Positions 59,960-64,000 of a stretch of DNA of 64,000 nucleotides are shown piece by piece (within the stretch, counting starts at the first letter, position 1; each line of letters begins with the position of its first letter). The notes below the pieces were generated by a model. The model saw only the letters and a list, made by a program, of their open reading frames with translations, was not told the origin of the DNA and did no database searches. The translations under genes and the position numbers were made by a program. The stretch is from Candidatus Woesebacteria bacterium GW2011_GWB1_33_22 (GTDB lineage Bacteria > Patescibacteriota > Microgenomatia > UBA8517), in the NCBI GenBank assembly GCA_000989765.1, contig LBOW01000001.1, positions 118,538 through 182,537 on the forward strand, given 5' to 3'.

Positions 59960-60515
59960 GAAAAATATTACAGATTTTGCTTCAGCGCGAAATGATTTAC
60001 TTGATAAATCAGCGTCTGACTGGAATTTATTTTTAGATAGTGATGAAAGATTAAGTAAAAAAATAAATCAGTCATTTAGTAAATCATTAAACCAATATGC
60101 ATTGGAGAGAAAAAATTTCTTTCTTGGTCAATATGTAGGCTCAGATAAAATTGTTAGACTGGTCAAGAAAGGAACTGGAAAATGGCAAAGAGCCGTTCAT
60201 GAAACATGGACTCCGAATAAAACTCTCCTGCCTGCCGGCAGGCAGGACTCCCGATGTGGGATTTTAGATTCTGTTATTATTCATAATACTGCTGACAACT
60301 TGGTAGATTATCTTTCAAAAATTAATAATTATTCAACTCTGCATGCAAAAGAAAATAAAAAAGAAAGTAAAATATCAAATATTTTTAAAATTATATTTTT
60401 TCCAATGGCTAAATTTATTATAACTTTAATTAAATCAAGAAATATTGTTTTTAGTATAATGCAATCACTGCATTCTTATCTTTCATGGACAAAATTATAT
60501 TTACGGCAATACTAA
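59928..60515 (+). CDS. GT2-like glycosyltransferase fragment (DxD region onward)
   Basis: WNLFLDSDERL DxD-type motif but lacks the N-terminal ~80 aa of a GT-A fold; contains the GC-rich palindrome at 60227-60246. Confidence 0.35.
   Translation: MMTMKILTLNKKNITDFASARNDLLDKSASDWNLFLDSDERLSKKINQSFSKSLNQYALERKNFFLGQYVGSDKIVRLVKKGTGKWQRAVHETWTPNKTLLPAGRQDSRCGILDSVIIHNTADNLVDYLSKINNYSTLHAKENKKESKISNIFKIIFFPMAKFIITLIKSRNIVFSIMQSLHSYLSWTKLYLRQY
60227..60246. repeat. GC-rich palindrome copy C (CCTGCCTGCCGGCAGGCAGG), in-frame in the GT2-like ORF
   Basis: perfect 20-bp palindrome; encodes LPAGRQD. Confidence 0.8.
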
Positions 60516-61525
60516 TTGTTTTCCCATTTGGACAACTTGTAAAATGGAATGGCATCAATTTGTTTGACGTCCTGGTTTTAATCCTAGCTGTCTTAACATT
60601 TTTTAAAAAAGCAAAATATCCAAAATGGTATAGATATTTTATTTATTTTATCCTAGCAGGATTATTTTCTTTGGTAGTAAATTATAAATTAACTGAAATT
60701 AAAAGTGTTTTATATTTAGTTAGATTATTAAGTTATTCTTATGTTGCTATTTATGTTGCAAATTTTGTTAAGAAAAAATTAGCTATTAGCTACTGGCTAT
60801 TAGCTGTTAGCGTGGCCGGCGCCACTTTCGGCTGGCTTCAATATTTGTTTTTACCTGATGTTAGATTTTTAAAGTTTTTCGGTTGGGACGATCATTTATA
60901 TAGGATGGTAGGGACATTTTTTGACCCCACATATTTAGCTCTCATAATTTTACTTGGGATAATAATTGCAGTCTTTACTAAAAAAACTAAAACATTTTAT
61001 TTTTTATTAATAAGCTTAGCCTTTACTTATTCTCGGGCGACATATTTAGCCTTAGGATTATTTTTAGTTTACAAAAGAAAATTTTTGGCAATTTTAGTTT
61101 TTGTAATTACTGTTTTTCTTTTACCTAAAATGCTTTCTGAAGGAACTAATTTTGGGAGAGTAGTTAGTAATCAAAATAAAATACTAAATTATGTTGAAAC
61201 AATTAAAGTTGTCAAAAAATCCCCAGCAATCGGTGTTGGATTTAACAATTTTTGCTTAGCTCGCGAAAATGTTGATCCAGATTCTCACTCCTGCTTTGGC
61301 TCAGATTCATCTCTACTTTTGATTCTTGCAACCACCGGAGTAGTTGGTTTTATTTTGTTTTTAAATTTTGTTTTGCACCTTCCTAATTCCTCTGTTCTAA
61401 TTTCTAGTTTCTTACTTGTTTTGGTGCACAGTATGTTTGCAAATAGTCTTTTTTATCCTCACATTATGTTTTGGTTATTTAGCCTTGTTGGATTAGAGAG
61501 TGAAGTTGACAGAAAACAAAGATAA
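60485..61525 (+). CDS. O-antigen ligase/polymerase-like membrane protein
   Basis: polytopic; FTYSRATYLALGLF Wzy_C-like motif. Confidence 0.5.
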   Translation: MDKIIFTAILIVFPFGQLVKWNGINLFDVLVLILAVLTFFKKAKYPKWYRYFIYFILAGLFSLVVNYKLTEIKSVLYLVRLLSYSYVAIYVANFVKKKLAISYWLLAVSVAGATFGWLQYLFLPDVRFLKFFGWDDHLYRMVGTFFDPTYLALIILLGIIIAVFTKKTKTFYFLLISLAFTYSRATYLALGLFLVYKRKFLAILVFVITVFLLPKMLSEGTNFGRVVSNQNKILNYVETIKVVKKSPAIGVGFNNFCLARENVDPDSHSCFGSDSSLLLILATTGVVGFILFLNFVLHLPNSSVLISSFLLVLVHSMFANSLFYPHIMFWLFSLVGLESEVDRKQR

Positions 61526-62206
61526 TACTTCATTTCCTGATGGGTCAATTGCCTTAACTTCAAACGAATTTAGACCCTCATTTAAAGTTGTTGTAAAATT
61601 AAATGAATTATCATCTTTTACTGTAACAAACTTGTCATTAATTCTTAAATCGACTTTTTCATCTACAGTCCCCTTGATTAACAGCTGTTTTTGACCGGAT
61701 CCGTAAAACGAATCCCCATCTTTGGGGGATGAGATTTCAAGTTTTGGTTCGGTATTATCAAATATTATATTAAAAGTTTTAGTGGGGGAACTTTCATTTC
61801 CAAAAGTGTCTTTAGCAATTGCTAAAATAGTGTTCTCTCCTTCTTGAAGATTAAATAAAAATACAAACCTACCGTCATTATTTGCAACAACTTCACTTAA
61901 ATTACCATTTGCAGTTATGGCTATCGTGGCTCCGTTTTCTGAAGTACCCTTTATATCTATAGATTCCTCTTTGCTAAATTCAGGAATCTCATCAAATTGT
62001 GGGGGTGCAGGGGGAGTTGTATCCTGAATCTCAACTGGTTTATCAGATTTGGCCACATCTCCCAGGAAACCTGCAAATTTGACCAGAGTTGGAATTCCTA
62101 AAAAGATTAAAAAAACTATACCTACTATTGTTAAAAATACGTAATAATAGGCCTTTTTAATATTTTTCTTTTCTTCAGTCATGGCCATTCTTGAATATCT
62201 TTTCAT
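61493..62206 (-). CDS. membrane-anchored extracellular protein with Ig-like (Big-type) domains
   Basis: N-terminal TM anchor then a Pro-rich spacer and two beta-rich repeats. Confidence 0.4.
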   Translation of the reverse strand: MKRYSRMAMTEEKKNIKKAYYYVFLTIVGIVFLIFLGIPTLVKFAGFLGDVAKSDKPVEIQDTTPPAPPQFDEIPEFSKEESIDIKGTSENGATIAITANGNLSEVVANNDGRFVFLFNLQEGENTILAIAKDTFGNESSPTKTFNIIFDNTEPKLEISSPKDGDSFYGSGQKQLLIKGTVDEKVDLRINDKFVTVKDDNSFNFTTTLNEGLNSFEVKAIDPSGNEVLSLFSVNFTL

Positions 62207-62209
62207 TAG

Positions 62210-62479
62210 TTGTTATTATATAATAACTATATGCCAAAAGCTCTAAAAAACTATATTTCATATAATCCAAGTATTCTTAGTGGGAACGCAACGGTTTCAG
62301 GAACAAGAATTCCTGTTGATCGTGTTTTTAGTTTAGTTAAGCAGGGATATTCAACTTCGAGTCTTGAGGAAGAATTTCCACATGTGGAGCCTAAGAAAAT
62401 CCAAAACTTAATAGCATATCTTATGCGAGCTGGACTAGATGCCTACGAAACATCACGAAAAATACAAGTTACTTCTTAA
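62210..62479 (+). CDS. DUF433-family protein (antitoxin-like)
   Basis: PSILSGNATVSGTRIPVDRVF...GYSTSSLEEEFPHV matches the DUF433 pattern. Confidence 0.6.
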   Translation: MLLYNNYMPKALKNYISYNPSILSGNATVSGTRIPVDRVFSLVKQGYSTSSLEEEFPHVEPKKIQNLIAYLMRAGLDAYETSRKIQVTS

Positions 62480-62533
62480 GGTGCAATTAGTGATAATGCG
62501 GTTTATAAATATACAATAAATGAGAAACGGATA

Positions 62534-62734
62534 TTGATAACATTTAATATAAAAGATTTCAACAACTTGGTAAAATTGAATAAACCGTCGATAATTGCAT
62601 TATCAGTAAATTTAACTAATGATCAAGCTGATAAGAAAACCTTTAAATTATTAAAAAAATTAAAGTATACTGAATCGCTTGGTCACATTATTTCAGTTTC
62701 AAATAGCCGAACTGTAATTAAAAGATTAATGTAA
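62534..62734 (+). pseudogene. truncated DUF5615/PIN-like toxin remnant paired with the DUF433 gene
   Basis: 66-aa ORF with a TTG start, no upstream ATG, a stop abutting DUF433; resembles only the C-terminal part of DUF5615 proteins. Confidence 0.35.
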
Positions 62735-62741
62735 ATACTAT

Positions 62742-63563
62742 ATGGATAAATATAAAGCTACATGGGTTTCTCATTCTTCAATTGCAGACTTTGTAGTTTG
62801 CCCGAGGGCATATTACCTTCGGAATGTTTTTAAAGACCCAAATACTGGAAACAAAATAACAGTTACTTCTCCAGCACTTTCTTTAGGTCAAGCGGTTCAT
62901 GAAGTAATCGAGGGTTTATCTACTTTACCATCTGAGGAAAGACTTAAAATATCACTTTTAAAGAAGTTTGACCTTGCTTGGGAAAAGGTAACAGGAAAAA
63001 AGGGGGGATTTAAAACGCATGAACAGGAGCAAGAATTTAAAGAAAGAGGAGTTAAGATGCTTAATAGAATAATTGCAAATCCTGGAGCAATTCTAAAAAA
63101 AGCAATTAAAATTCAATCTGACTTTATTCCTAATTATTATCTTTCAGAGGAAGACCAAATCATTCTTTGTGGTAAAATTGATTGGCTTGAATATTTAGAA
63201 AGTACAGATTCTGTTCATATCATAGACTTTAAAACAGGCAAACATGAAGAGCAAGAAAAATCATTACAACTTCCTATCTATTTACTTTTAGCAACAAATA
63301 CTCAGACTAAAAAAGTGACAAAAGCATCATATTGGTATCTAGAAAAGAACAATGAATTAACTCCAAAAGAATTGCCAAGTTTACTAGAATCAGAAGATAA
63401 AATATTAACTGTTGCCAGACGAATTAAACTTGCAAGACAACTTAAACATTTTATTTGTCCACAACTTGGTTGTATGAAATGTAGACCATTAGAGCGAATT
63501 TTAAGAGGTGAAGGAGAAAGAGTGGGTGTATCAGATACAAGACAGGATATTTATATATTATGA
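62742..63563 (+). CDS. Cas4/RecB-like PD-(D/E)xK nuclease with 4-Cys Fe-S cluster
   Basis: N-terminal CPRAYYL Cys, IIDFKTGK (D-x-K) motif, C-terminal CPQLGCMKC triad. Confidence 0.6.
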   Translation: MDKYKATWVSHSSIADFVVCPRAYYLRNVFKDPNTGNKITVTSPALSLGQAVHEVIEGLSTLPSEERLKISLLKKFDLAWEKVTGKKGGFKTHEQEQEFKERGVKMLNRIIANPGAILKKAIKIQSDFIPNYYLSEEDQIILCGKIDWLEYLESTDSVHIIDFKTGKHEEQEKSLQLPIYLLLATNTQTKKVTKASYWYLEKNNELTPKELPSLLESEDKILTVARRIKLARQLKHFICPQLGCMKCRPLERILRGEGERVGVSDTRQDIYIL

Positions 63564-64000
63564 AAAAATATATATTTCTTGTTGTTATAATTTTCAGTAT
63601 ATTTTTTCCAAAGTTTTATTTTAATTTTTTAGAAAATAAATCACAAGTTCTTTTTACTACCATAGAAGAAGCTAGAGATAAAAATGATTTTAAAAAAGTA
63701 AAAGCATTATTACTAACTCATAAATCAATTGTAAATAATCAAAAAATAATAATTTACTTATTACCTAAAAAATATGACGAGTTTTACAAATTAAAAGATA
63801 ATTTATTTAATAAATATTATCTTGCATTAGAAAAATTTGTAGTTCTAAAAGAATATGAAAATGGTCTTGAAGATGTTTTTTCTAAAAGAAATGAATTTAT
63901 TAAAACATTAAATAATTCTAAGGATCAAAAAGTTAATGCCATGGATGTTTATATTGCACTTAATACATATATTTCCCAAAAGGAAGTACTAACCAAACAT
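63560..64000 (+). CDS. hypothetical protein, 3'-truncated by the window end
   Basis: ATG overlapping the upstream stop (ATGA); N-terminal hydrophobic segment. Confidence 0.3.
   Translation, partial: MKKYIFLVVIIFSIFFPKFYFNFLENKSQVLFTTIEEARDKNDFKKVKALLLTHKSIVNNQKIIIYLLPKKYDEFYKLKDNLFNKYYLALEKFVVLKEYENGLEDVFSKRNEFIKTLNNSKDQKVNAMDVYIALNTYISQKEVLTKH

Noticed and set aside
1-64000. rRNA genes or alternative genetic code (code 25, UGA=Gly)
   Set aside because: No rRNA-like conserved segments were seen; TGA clearly terminates several well-conserved genes (e.g. RAYT, the 571-1848 gene), so the standard code applies.

Overview
The window is AT-rich (~30% GC) and uses the standard genetic code (TGA serves as stop). 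Its content resembles a reduced-genome, Patescibacteria/CPR-like bacterium: fused Mur enzymes, two SEDS proteins, many glycosyltransferases. It has three parts. (1) 1-12.6 kb: a surface-glycan biosynthesis cluster with GT4 and GT-C glycosyltransferases, a priming sugar transferase, a ManC-like protein, O-antigen-ligase-like proteins and a DUF4012-like exported protein, followed by recO, glyQS and a NUDIX gene. (2) 13.4-36 kb: a near-complete dcw cell-wall/division cluster (mraZ-rsmH-ftsL-ftsI-murA-murE::glmU fusion-yvcK-[glmS on minus strand]-murC-murB-PPloop::murD fusion-pgeF-murF-mraY-ftsW-murG-[RAYT transposase]-ftsQ-ftsA-ftsZ). It continues with ileS, rodA, rplU, rpmA, parB, lepB and an IMPDH-family gene. 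(3) 44.2-64 kb: an accessory island beginning at tRNA-Val. It holds an ECF-sigma fragment, a KilA-N protein, a secreted C39-like peptidase, methyltransferases, glycosyltransferases and a flippase, and lexA directly upstream of an unusual restriction-modification-like operon. That operon comprises a PD-(D/E)xK HsdR_N-like domain fused to an N6-adenine methyltransferase, an OLD-family ABC-ATPase/TOPRIM nuclease, and a two-TRD HsdS, with no HsdR helicase. The island ends with a DUF433 antitoxin-like gene plus a truncated toxin remnant and a Cas4-like Fe-S nuclease. The most striking sequence-level signals are two families of short perfect palindromes inserted in-frame into protein-coding genes, some of them essential. 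One is an AT-rich 23-25 bp REP-like palindrome (6 copies) associated with a REP-associated tyrosine transposase (RAYT) that sits inside the dcw cluster. The other is an 18-20 bp GC-rich palindrome (3-4 copies). In addition, two in-frame copies of an (AAAAATC)n heptamer element lie within ileS. No rRNA genes and no CRISPR array were seen. The most novel candidate is the MTase-OLD-HsdS operon.
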